Below, piece by piece: positions 52,719-64,000 of a DNA stretch of 64,000 nucleotides. The stretch is from the NCBI RefSeq assembly GCF_018350175.1, contig NC_058368.1:147686001-147750000 (forward strand), read 5' to 3'. A model generated the notes under the pieces. The model made no database searches. It worked only from the letters and a program-made list of their open reading frames with translations, and was not told the origin of the DNA. The translations under genes were made by a program, and so were the position numbers. The stretch is from Felis catus. Its lineage: Eukaryota. How positions within the stretch are numbered: position 1 is the stretch's first letter; each line of letters starts with the position of its first letter.

Positions 52719-55700
52719 TTCTATTTTTTTTTTTTTTCTCTCATAGAAGGAGATCATGGTTGGTGGTACTGACCCTAGTAGAACTCAGGGCTCAGACACT
52801 GAAATGGGAACAAGCTGAAGTTCCATGATTAATCATGCGGTGTCCCTCAATAGCAAAATAACAGATACCCTCAAATTGTAACACTTCTTGTTGTTCAGCA
52901 TTCACAGAAATTTTAGAGAGACATCTTGTAGTTTACTGGACCTTATCACTGGGTGAGACGCCATTCAATTGGACCTATTTGGGAGCAATGTTGAGACACA
53001 CATCATCAACTCTCTTTCAAAACTTGCCTCACTAGCTTAAACCAAACTCAAGAAGCTCCTAGGTCCCACCTCTGTATGGACCCTTGCATTAATTTTCCCA
53101 CCAGCTCATTAGACATGTTCACTATGTACATCTAGCTCTCACTCTGGTACCATACAGGCTGGCTACGTGGTCTTCTAAGCTTAATAGAGCTTATTTGAAG
53201 AAAATATCTTATTACTGAACACAGAAAAAAATGTCTGTCTCCAAAGTGCCTTTTGTTATTTCATGCTAAAATTCCAAATACAGTTGGGTTTCTACAAAGT
53301 GATTATTGAAGTAATGTTTATTCTGAAATTGATTTGGTAGATTTTAAATTATTGAAACAGATTTAAAAAGCATAGATAACAATTTGAAAATGTGTAACAC
53401 CATTTTATGCATTTAAGGAGTAAAAATGCTAAATAGCAGTAATTCCCTTTTCTAGACAATTATAATGATATTCAGTTAATTTCTTTTCCAAATGTTTATC
53501 TTGTTTGGAACTGAAATGCTATATTGGTAAAGCATCATTGGAGACTATAGCTGCTAAGTAGAAAGATATTCAGAAAGTTAGTTTAATGATATCGGTTTTC
53601 CAATCTCTGAAGATAAATGACTTGAATGTAAAATGAGGGATATTATGCTTAATTAGAAAGCTTTGACATCACTTCCAGAAGAAGGTGCTTCTCCCCAGTG
53701 ACAGGGGTCACAATAGAATATAAACTAGGTATTTTTACAAATGCTACTGGGTAATCTACTTCTGCTTTTCTAGATCTTGAAGAGCTCATTAAATGGCAAG
53801 CTTCACATATTATGCTACGCAGGATTTCTGAAATGCTGGAGAATTAAATCCCAGTGGTTCACTGCTTGTCCACTCCATATGATACTGTGGTCCTGGCTTG
53901 GAGTAGCTGATGGAAGTCAGTACCTTGGCAGATAAATGGCATTTGTTTAATTTAAATGACACTCGTCATGCTCCCTTTTGTTCTCCAGCACTATGAGGTT
54001 AATTGAGCAGATATGAAAAATTAGCCAGGCTCAAATTGCCTCTGCTCTAAGTCAGAATTATTAATCTACTGGCCTTAATTTAAAGCTTCTCCATTTTCTA
54101 TGATAGACTGAATTATGTAGACTGTGTAAGGGACAAATGCTAATGATAATAACATAATTTAAAATTTTTCATAGGACTAGGAATTTCAGCCTAGTCAAAT
54201 TTAACAGATTTCAAATTCTAACCAAGAAGATATGGCTTTTCTATCTAATTTATTTATGCCATTATATGCGAAGGGAAATATGAGAGTATGTTTTATCAAT
54301 GACTTCTAATTTGCACGTTTACTTTTGACCTTCAAAACCATTTCACACTAAATATAATCTTAGATTTCATGAATACAGTGTCTTTCCACTTTATGTAGAT
54401 AACAATGTGTTGCAGACTTCCTATCTTATAGTAGAGTAATTAAGGCCACATCAATTCTGTTTCCATATAGTAAGTAATTACAGAGGTGATTGGAACATTT
54501 CTGTAGAGGATTAGCTTAATTTATCAAGCAGTGGCTCTTGTGGAATAAATGAGCAGAGGCACCTTTCAGCTACATTGTCAACTCTTTTCTACCTATAGGA
54601 TACTGATGGAATGATTTACTAGAATCCAATGACCTCCATGACTTAGAATTAAGCCCAGCTCCCCAAGTGGGGACCACCAGGGCAGAGTAGGAGCCTAGGG
54701 GAAGACAGTACAATTTCCTACTGCATCTCCATACAAATCCATTTCTTCCTGTTCTAAACTGTGTCCAGTTTCCATTTACAATTAAAGCATATCTTACTGT
54801 GTACATCAGGTACTAGATGTGGACATCTGTCATAGTCAGAATTCCACTTTGGAATCTTTTAAATCTACAAGGAACCATATTTGAAACTGAAAAGGTAAAG
54901 ATTTATTTCATGTTAGCATGGCCTCATTTATAGTACTGCATTTTTGCAGCTGTATTTTTTCATGTGTTTTTCACATTTCAAAAATGTATTGTCTGTGTAC
55001 ATATTTTCCTCATTAAGCCTATATAATGACTTTTTTGGAAGACAAGAATTGAAGCACTTGATTCATTTGCAACTGTAACATGGGTACTTACTCCCCTCCC
55101 TTATTTTAAGTCTCTAGTATAGCACAGAGTTCAATTTTAGCCATGGAATTTAATTGTGAACATGACTAGGGACAGGCCACACAGAACTTGTGTCAGCTGG
55201 CATTATAAGCTCAAGTGAATACTCAGGTCTGTTTACAAATGCCACGTGGTATTAGGAATTATCCACATGTAATATTCCTGTGAGAACAAATGAGACTCTT
55301 GGAAGCTGTCTGCATAAATATAGGCAGTAATTTTGAATGAATGGGGGCAAAAAAGAGCATGAGGTAAAAGTGAAAACTAACTTTAAAAACATGTTGTCTA
55401 TATAGATATTATCTCTATCAGTGGTAATTTCTACATGTGTTGGGAGATAAAAACCATATAAAAAGATAAACCAAAAACAATGATTGCCCTGACCCAGGAA
55501 TTTACTCTAATTTTTATACTGATTGTCAGTCCTGGAGAAGAAATAAGTTCAAGAAAATAGCTTTTGTTCAGTTTTAAGTTTGTGTTACCTGATTTGTGGT
55601 CCAAGTTGTTTAGACAGTATCTCTTATCAGAAAATATCACTTATCTAGTTGGTGAAAATTGTCAAACTATGGAATATTTTGAGTTCTTTGTTAAAAAAGG

Positions 55701-55959
55701 AAATGGAAATGTACTCAAAAGGTAAATTCAAGGAAGTAATCCAGTTTAATATATTACATCAAGTTTAGAACTTTATTAAAGACGTAAGGAATTTGTTCAG
55801 CCTCTTTTCATAGGCTTTAAAATTTTCTACCCTAACATATGCATTAACATGTACACCAGTGTATTAAAGTTATAAGAACCAAGGGCTAAGGTTATCTGTA
55901 ACTTTGCAGAAGTTTACAATCACACAGGAATTGTTTGTAATTAGAGATAATTTGGCTTC

Positions 55960-57200
55960 TTTAAAATACAAGTTATTTATATATGTAGAAAATAAGCCAT
56001 GAAAGGATATAACATTCTGCATACAGAAAAAAAAAATCAACTAAATATAAACTTAACAGGAATAATGCAGAGAACAAGTAAAAAAAAATAATGGAAAAAA
56101 AAAAACAATGCAATATTTCTGTAAGGAACAAGAGTGTAGTCAAGGGAAAGGAAGGCATTTCCAAGAAATTAAAACTTCATAGATTGTCAATTGTCATATT
56201 GTGTTAAATGAAAAATGTTTCAATCACAATACAAATTGTTTTTTTCTTAAAGCTAGACAAGTCAATTTTAAAATTCATTTGGAAGAATACATACAAGAAT
56301 AGCTTTGAAAAACCTGAAAATGATCAGTGGAAGAGAGATGAAAGATGTATTAAAATAGAAGGCTGTAAATTAAGTGTGTTTATATTGAAAAATTGAGGGA
56401 TAAATGGTATGTTTTTAAAAAATTAAAAATTGATTGAAATGAGTAAGGAATTTATGATAAAGGTGGGGTGAGGAAGTTCATTTTAATCAAGAGTACTGAA
56501 ACAGTTATATGCCTAGATGGAAAAATTAAAACTATATTAAATCCTATCATCCAATAGTATAAATTATATAAATATCAGATAGTTTCTAGCCAAGGGGTAG
56601 AGAAAACTTTTCTATGACCTAAGGTTCCAAAACCACCAAGAAAAAGCTTGATAGATTTAGCTACATAAACCAACAACAACAACAAAAAAAATGCATTCAT
56701 TAAAGTGGGATGAAAAATTACAAAAAGATATATTTACAACTTACATTATAAATATTTTATAGTCCTAACACACAAAATGTTTCTAATTTTGAGGAGACCA
56801 ACAACCCAATAAAAAGTGGGCATAACACAAACAGTTTATAGAAGAAATTCAAGTATCCCCCAGAGTAAGAGAAGATGCTCAATCCAGTTCATACCTATAA
56901 TGCGAATACAAATTAAAACTGCATTGATACGCCACTACTCATCTATCAAACCCAGAACATTCAACAGTTTGATAACATAGCATGCTTGTAAGACTATTGC
57001 AAAGAGAAATAAACTCTCACATGGTTGGTGGAAATGAAAAATGATACAATTACTACTGTGGTTGCAATATGTGGCTAAATTATGTAAAAGTTTAACACCT
57101 AGAAATCTACTCAAACATATGATGGCAAAAAAAAATGAAATGTCTTATGCACACAGCTATTCATTTTTGAATTATTCATAGAACAAAACACCTAGACCTA
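55960..57200 (+). mobile_element. Highly degraded L1ME ORF2/3' fragments
   Basis: ORF 56208..56396 (FFLKLDKSILKFIWKN) resembles L1 ORF2; ggtggaaatgaaaaatgatac. Confidence 0.7.
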
Positions 57201-57769
57201 TGTTATTGCTACACAATAGAGTAGTATCTATCTTTTAAAGGAATATGGAAGGAAGGCCTTTGTAGAGTACCACTATATAAAAAGAGGCAGAGAAATATAT
57301 ATATACATACATGCACACATATTTCTAAGAAATCAAGAATAAACCTACAACTAATGAGAATAGGTGAAGGAAGAAAAACAAATATGGGCATAACAAACAA
57401 GACTTCCTGGAGTTTAGCTTTTTAAATGAATTTTTACATGGTCAATTATTTAAACGTTTTACAAAGCTCTAATAAAATTTTAAAATTCTCTGAAGCTTCA
57501 AAACTTATGAAAATACCCAAACTGCATATTGTTTGCCCAGGAAATAATTACTTTAGAGTTACCAAGCGTAGTCGATATGGAAAAGTTATTCTTCACTAAT
57601 AAAAAAAATAAGTAAATAAAACAGTTAATAAATGTAGAGGAAATGAGAGGACAAAAAAAATATACGCAATTCACAGGAATTACTGTGGTAGTTTACAATG
57701 ACAACCCATGGACCCAATAATTCGTTTGAACACTTCTGAGACAATCATCTATCATGTACCTCCTGGAAC

Positions 57770-58028
57770 TGTAGCAGGATTCTCACACAAAGGTATGGGA
57801 CAACACCGAGGCCTTTCTTTGAGAAAGTGGCTTTATTTGTGCCAGCATGGGCTCAACAGTGTGTAGCCTTTTATGCCATTTCTATTTCTTTGTCTCCTTT
57901 ATATGGTGACACATTGTCTGATTGGTCACAGTCCAAGGGTTACAGAGTGGCGTCAGAGCTAGGCATATGTGTGTAGGAGTTGATGGGGCCACATGGTCTT
58001 GCTTTGTTCTGAGAAGGCCTCTACTACA
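57770..58028 (-). mobile_element. Short solo LTR (probable carnivore ERV)
   Basis: tgtag...ctaca termini; minus strand carries CCAAT (gattgg), TATA-like (ctttatat) and AATAAA (tttatt) in LTR order. Confidence 0.6.
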
Positions 58029-58129
58029 TTCGTTATGGACGGACTCTACCTCTGCCACAGAAAGTTACAATAATCAACAATACAATACACTGCTAACTAA
58101 GATATATTTTTGCTAAGATCAATATGCCC

Positions 58130-58660
58130 ATTTACAGGTAATGCAGGGACTAACGGGACATGTTTTGACTCCATAAGGAGATCATCAGCCAAATCCAGAA
58201 TGTGGAAAGACTGCAGGGCAAATGAGCAAGTCTTCAACAAATAAATAGTATGAAAAATAATGAGACATGAGAACATTACAGAGTAAAAGAAACCTAAGGG
58301 ACATATCAACCAAATCTAATATGTGGACCTGATGTGGATCCTGATTTGGTCAAACCATAGTAATTTTGAGGCAATCAGGTATATTTGGACACAGACTAGG
58401 TATCAGTAAACATTGAATAAATTGGTTAAATGCGATAGTGTACTGTGATTAACGAAATCCTTTTTTTTTTTAATAGATGCTACACTGTGAAGTATTTAAG
58501 GTAGAAATTTTATGTCCAAACTTACTTTAGAATACTGAAGTAAAAAAAAAAAAAAGTGGGACAAGATTAGCAAACAATGGTATGCTAAAACTAGGTGTTT
58601 AGTAGAGTATCAGTTGATCGTACAATTCACTTTTTTATATTTGAACATTTTCATTTTATC
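58130..58660 (+). mobile_element. Old L1 (L1ME3/MC4-like) 3'UTR
   Basis: aaatccagaatgtggaaag; gacatatcaaccaaatctaatatgtggacct; gaagtatttaaggtagaa. Confidence 0.65.
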
Positions 58661-58696
58661 CTGGAAATGTTCAAATATACACAACAAAAGAAGTGC

Positions 58697-58707
58697 TGCT
58701 GAGTCAC
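58697..58707 (-). promoter_or_regulatory. Perfect ARE/MARE motif GTGACTCAGCA
   Basis: Exact match to RTGACTCAGCA in unique sequence; function not shown. Confidence 0.35.
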
Positions 58708-59275
58708 ATGCCACCATTTCAGGGAAGTTGGAAATTGGATGACTAATTGAAAACAATAGAGCATCCATAGTAGCACAATGTGCTTCTGTTTGAAAAGCAA
58801 AGATAAGCCTGTAAGAAAGCACTTTTATTTTCTCCGACTTGCATGAAGAGTTAATTAGAAACATGCTAAAGAGAGATCATTCTGAGAAGCAAGCCGTCGG
58901 AGGAGAGGCTGACCACTGATAACAGACTGGCTACTCTGGCAAAGACAAACAAACCATGTGAATAATATATAGTTCCTATCAAGTTTAATGAAGGCCAAGT
59001 GTGTCAGTGTGAGAAAATAAATATGGACAGCTATATCGTAGTGCATGTATTAGTCCTGATTTTTGGGTGTGCTTTTCACATGTGTTCTAGGTGATTAAAA
59101 TGAATCACCAGGACACCTGCATAACCATTGGGTATCATAGAATGTGAGATATATTTACATCTATAATTATCCATGTACAGGATTATAAGATTGTGTAAAC
59201 ATATCTTAGCATATTTTGTATGTTTGCTTAAAACTTAAGTCACTTATGAAGCTGAAGCTTCATTTGTACTTTTTA

Positions 59276-59437
59276 TTTTTATTTGTTATATTTTAGACAG
59301 AGTGTATGTGCTCCTGGGAGCAGGAGAAAGGGGAGGCTGGAGCCTGACATGGGACTTGGTACCATGACCCTGAACTCATGATGTGCACCCAAATCAAGAG
59401 TCGCACACTCAACTGACTGAGCCATCTAGGTGTCCCC
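59276..59437 (-). mobile_element. Can-SINE
   Basis: Perfect 14-bp TSD atttgtacttttta. Confidence 0.9.
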
Positions 59438-59556
59438 GATTTGTACTTTTTAAGTTAATCTTGATTTTCTAAGTTATAGCTGCTAACATTAAGGTATTTT
59501 CAAACCTTCCCTTCTTCCCAAAATCAAGCAAAAACATTCACATATAGACTATATAC

Positions 59557-59961
59557 TGTCAAAAACAGCACAACAGGCCTAAAATAGAGTTGATTATGCT
59601 CACCAAACAGAGATTTACCTAATTATAGTTTTGGCTCTCCCAGACATGTTTTTTTTTTTTTTTCCCCCCCCCAGATCTGGAATTTTAAACTAGTCAGTCA
59701 GAAACTGCCTGGTGAGCACTGGATAGATAATCTACTTAACAGACTCTTGCCATCTTCTAAAGGAATGTAACTTGCAGTAAGCAACCTTCTTTTTGGCCTG
59801 GTACAACTTTCTTTTTTTCCCTTCTTTTTGGTCTATAAAAGTCATTTTGTACAGCTCCTCAGAGCTCATTTCTATCTGCTAGATTGGATGCTGCCCAATT
59901 TGAATCAATTTTTGCTCAAGTAAATTAAAGTTTTTACTAAGCCTCAATTTATCTTTTAACA
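59557..59961 (+). mobile_element. ERV1 (MER34/MER31-group-like) solo LTR
   Basis: TG...CA termini, TATA (ctataaaa), gctagattggatgctgccc, end cttttaaca; 4-bp TSD atac/gtac. Confidence 0.8.
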
Positions 59962-60065
59962 GTACTGGATGGTTCATCAGCTAGTTTGCACTTTATTGAT
60001 AATGCTTATGAGAACACTGCCAAATACGGACCGTTTTCTCAAAGAAACTAAGGCCTAGGTATGTT

Positions 60066-60270
60066 CGATTTTAATATTTATTTATTTTTAAGAAAGAAAG
60101 CTCACATGAACAGTGGAGGGGCAGAGAGAGAGGATCCAAAGCAGAGGCCTTAACCAGGCTCTGCATGGACGGCAGAGAGCCCAATGTGGGACTCAAACTC
60201 ATGAGCCATGAATGAGATCACGACCTGAGCCAAGGTCAGAGGCTTAACCGACTGAGCCACCTAGTGCCTC
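60066..60270 (-). mobile_element. Can-SINE
   Basis: Full body on the minus strand. Confidence 0.9.
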
Positions 60271-60726
60271 TGTGTTCTAGTTTTTATAACACAATGCAGC
60301 ACAAAATTTTCATACATTTTGTTCATAAAAGAGTATTTTTCAAATAAAAATCCATTTCCCAATTATTTGGATTTCTCAAGTTATGTGCTATTCCTCAAGA
60401 GTTTGTATAGATGATACAGCATAAATCTTTGTTCTAGAATTTGGACCAAAACCCACTGATAATCTATTTAGGTCTCTTTCTGGAAATATTTTCTCCTCCA
60501 TCTTATTGTTCCTCACATGGCATCTACAGTCTTTTGTTTCCCTGTACTCTCACAACACATTAACGCTTACTATATAGGCAAGTTACTACCTTGTAACAAT
60601 GATTCTCAGACTCAAGTCCCAGCAGATTTAGAGTTCTGAAGAAAAAGGCATTCTTATCGATAGCCTAATCTCCAGGAACCTATAGACTCTGTTACCTGGA
60701 GCCCTAACATTTTGCCTCCTTAGTGA

Positions 60727-61432
60727 TGTGGGAAACAAAGGTAGAAGGAAATGGCACATAGAACTAAATTTCCTCTAAACATTGGGGTACATGTGCCCCT
60801 ACGCATCAGGTTTATATATACAATGGAATACTACTTGGCAATGAGAAAGAATGAAATATGGCCTTTTGTAGCAATGTGGATGGAACTGGAGAGTGTTACG
60901 CTAAGTGAAATAAGTCATACAGAGAAAGTTGGATACCATATGTTTTCACTCTTATGTAGATATTGAGAAACTTAACCAAAGACCATGGGGGAGGGGAAGG
61001 GGGAGAAAAGTTACAGAGAGGGAGGGAGGCAAACCATGAGTGACTCTTAAGGACTGAGAACAAACTGAGGGTTGATGGGGGATGGGGGAGAGGGGAAAGT
61101 GGGTCATGCACACTGAGGAGGCCAATTGTTGAGATGAGCACTGGGTGTTGTATGGAAACCAGTTTGACAATAAAATTAAAAAAAATAATAATAATAAAAG
61201 GCAGAGTAAAACCTTTCTCCAGGAACTCCCTACTGTGTTAATGCTAATGCTTTGCTAAGGGGAAAACAATCTTAGCCTGACAATAATTAGCCTCTAGGCA
61301 GCTCTTCCTGCCCTTGGGTCCCTTTCCCATTCTTTAAGAAAATCACCTTTTTGAACCAAAGAAGTCTTCAAGAATTCTTTCTTGGTTGTCAGTTCTGGAC
61401 CCGTGAACCCCACTATCATCCCCAAAGCATCA
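60727..61432 (+). mobile_element. ERV1 solo LTR interrupted by L1
   Basis: tgtgggaaacaaagg start, tgctttgctaagggg, U5 caagaattctttcttgg, CA end. Confidence 0.7.
60776..61199 (+). mobile_element. Feline L1 (L1_Fc-like) 3' end with 5' inversion
   Basis: 60810-61199 is a sense L1 3' end with tail; 60776-60809 (taaacattggggtacatgtgcccct) is antisense L1. Confidence 0.9.
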
Positions 61433-61973
61433 GTAGTAAATGTCAAAAAAATTCTTCCATTCTCTCCCCGGTTGGTCTCACTTTTTTCTTAATGTGGATT
61501 CCCCTTCCTCTAGTGAAAATAAGGACAGTAAAGCAGGTAACAATCCGAGAGAAGAAACTCCTGACAAGAGGTGGTAGGAGTGGAACTAATTCCAAACCTT
61601 CATTATGCAGTAATTATCAGACTTGTTCTTTAGAGATGGTTTGGCATGACAGTAGTGAATTAAAGACCCTCATCAATATACAAAAGGGTAAAGGTTCCAG
61701 CTCCATTGCACAAATTTGAGAATGGGTAAATATTGCCCAACACAAACTGAAATCAACTTTCCACATTTGCATGTTACAGTAGATAGTGCCTTCCTTAACA
61801 CTTAAAAACTATAAATGTGCATTTAAGCTGCCTAAATACTGAATCAGTATTCCAAATGTAAGACTACGACAGTAATTATGGCTTCCTGCACATAATATAA
61901 CAAATTCCACAGCAAATTTACTGGACACTTCCGTTTCCAAAGTGACACCATCATTTTTGTGTGTGTGCCTTAC

Positions 61974-62022
61974 CTGGCAATACTATTGAATGTGCATTCC
62001 CAATACAGACGTAAATGGTGAA
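61974..62022 (-). other. Candidate 49-nt spliced exon
   Basis: Branch-like CCTAAT, acceptor tattttgttcag, donor CAG|GTAAGG; unique sequence. Confidence 0.4.
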
Positions 62023-62411
62023 CTGAACAAAATATACTATTAGGTGACGGGATCTTGACAGTTTAATACTGTATGTTACAAAATGCTTAAAAAGCAAATT
62101 TCTTCTATTGAAGCAAATGTCGTCTTCATATGACTTACAATGTCACAATCAGCAGTCTTTTATTTTTCTTTTCAGTCAGAAAATAAAATCCAATAAAAAA
62201 AACATGAAGCAATATTGTCAAGGGCAGCCCTTCCTTTTAGTTCTATAGTAAAGAAAGACAAACCGCCATGTCAAATGAAGAAGTATAAATCATTTATTGG
62301 TCTGATGTGTAGTTTTTGTTGCTCATCGGGTTAGTTTTCCTAAAGTGGGGTTTAGGATTAGAGGCATGTGGGTGCTCCACCTGCAGAGAGGGGGGCTGAT
62401 TAGCTCAGACA

Positions 62412-62422
62412 ATGACTCAGCA
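62412..62422 (+). promoter_or_regulatory. Perfect ARE/MARE motif ATGACTCAGCA
   Basis: Exact match to the NFE2/NRF2-MAF consensus; function not shown. Confidence 0.35.
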
Positions 62423-62919
62423 AGAACATCTCCTAGAATTACATACACATATGTTTAAAGAGCTGTGTTAATGAGGAACCTCCTTCAATTAGCAAAGATA
62501 CAAACAATGGAAAGGGAAGATGTTCACAATAACAAGTCAATCAAAAAAGCAAGCAGCTGGAGAATGTAACGCTAACAGATTTATAAAGGTCTGAGAGAAC
62601 AGAGCAGGTCAAGGGCTTTTTCTCTGCATATACACAGGTTCTTAGCAAAGGAAAAAAAAAAGCCTCGTGTACATAAAATACGTTCAAAGAGTGGAGCCCC
62701 AAATCTTATTTGCTCACTCCTAAGAGCCCCCCAGGTTATTTTAGCTAAAAACAAGTTTCAGTTCTGTAGTTATTTCCTGTCCAGTATGGTAATCAAAATT
62801 CTGAAATCATTCAAACATAAGGGAGAAGAGAATTTAAGTCTGGTACTGTCTATTCTCATTAGGACAGAGGTAACAGATGAGAAACTGCCACCCTTCTTCC
62901 ATGATGTCAAGAGAGGTTG

Positions 62920-63057
62920 ACATGTCAGGGGAGGGGCAGGTAAAGAGGGAGACACAGAGACTGAGGTGGGGGGGGCGGTGGACATGAATTCAGGAGGTGT
63001 GAGATCATGACCTGAGCCAAATTTGGACGCTCAACAGACTGAGCCACCCAGGAGCCC
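62920..63057 (-). mobile_element. Partial Can-SINE
   Basis: gagatcatgacctgagcc...ctgagccacccaggagccc. Confidence 0.85.
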
Positions 63058-63344
63058 TGAAATTCTCTTCTCTAATACAATGCTTTTATAACCTCAGGCA
63101 TTTGGGACCAGGTGGCACAAAAAGGATTCTAGGCCCCTCCTTTTCATGCCCTGAATGATCTACCACCTCAATTTGGGCTGTGGGAATATTTGTCACGTAC
63201 GGTTATTCTCTTGCAGCTATCTATATACATGAATAGAACATATAGGATTCATTGAACAGATATATACACAAAAAACATTTATTTTTAATTCTAGCAATTC
63301 TCTTTAGTCACATGAACGGGGTGCTTCTCCTCTGCTCACCTTAC

Positions 63345-63419
63345 CATATTGCTTTCTTTAATCCATGAAGATTAACAAATTAAAGTCCTGTTTATAGTAC
63401 CCAAGGAATACACTGCAGT
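63345..63419 (-). other. Candidate 75-nt non-coding exon (stops in all three frames, ends in ATG)
   Basis: Branch CTGAC, acceptor cgtatttcag, donor ATG|GTAAGG; alternative donor AAG|GTGAGC at 63340. Confidence 0.4.
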
Positions 63420-64000
63420 CTGAAATACGAATTACCAAAATACGTGTCAGCTTATTGTCTGATACAGCCAAAAGAACATTCTTCAAATTCATGGACTTTG
63501 CTTGTCTACACAGTGCCAACAATTGTATTTATTTCACTTTAGATAATTTTTCTTTCTATTCTCTGCTACAATACTGCAGTGATGAATTCAAGTTCTTTCT
63601 GCACTCTGGGAAATGCCTGCAGCAAACTCTCTGAAAGAGAATCCTATAAAAATCCTTTCTACACCTGAGGGTCAGAGTGGCGTTTGAGACCTTCCTTACC
63701 TTAGGGGCAAACAAAACAAACTTTTTCAAGTGGATTATTACCTGGAAGATTCTCCCAGTAGTGTTTAGGATTGATTTCTTATCCTCTACCAGATACCGCC
63801 CTTTTGAAAATGTGGAGACTAACATTTCTCCTCAGGGTGTTGCACAGCTTTTGTTGCTATATTACTTCTGATTACCTAGGATTTTCCTTTAGTATGCCGA
63901 GTGTGTATCTTGTTTTGAAATTATCCAAGAGATAGAGAAATGTTGATGAGGAAAAAATATACAATTAAAAATCTATGCTATTATTTATGGAAAAAAACCC

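Noticed and set aside
61351..61719. 122-aa plus-strand ORF
   Set aside because: Starts at TTG inside an LTR; no splice or family support.
63556..63871. Overlapping 89-aa and 64-aa ORFs
   Set aside because: No recognisable domain, and one starts at GTG; only the splice-site signal is retained as a finding.
1..64000. tRNA genes, CRISPR arrays, prokaryotic operons or a full-length provirus
   Set aside because: tRNA-like boxes are all Can-SINE heads; there is no repeat-spacer array; I saw only solo LTRs with no gag/pol/env.

Overview
AT-rich mammalian genomic DNA from a feliform carnivore, most likely Felidae. The evidence is the tRNA-derived Can-SINEs of the SINEC_Fc type (GGGGCGCCTGGGTGGCTCAGTCGGTT head, (CT)n tract, A tail) and a feline-type L1 3' end. 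I found no intact protein-coding gene that I recognise; the ORF track is almost entirely SINE, L1, microsatellite or chance ORFs. A large part of the window is interspersed repeat: about 22 Can-SINEs, a near full-length old L1MC-type element (about 23.5-30.4 kb) with nested insertions, an L1 5'UTR+ORF1 relic, L2/MIR remnants, several solo LTRs and DNA-transposon fossils (hAT with a recognisable hATC motif, a Tigger-like MITE, MER33, MER58). Non-repeat signals worth follow-up: a possible terminal exon with an in-frame stop at 297-509; a chain of well-formed minus-strand splice sites (63.7, 63.4, 62.0, 54.8 and 41.3 kb) suggesting a spliced, probably non-coding transcript; two perfect NRF2/MAF ARE motifs; a retrocopied mRNA 3'UTR with poly(A) inside a SINE; a 5'-inverted L1; a tail-less L1 patch; and several small tandem duplications linked to hairpins. 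Repeat subfamily names come from recalled consensus sequences and were not checked by a database search. Nothing here can be called a new biological system from sequence alone.
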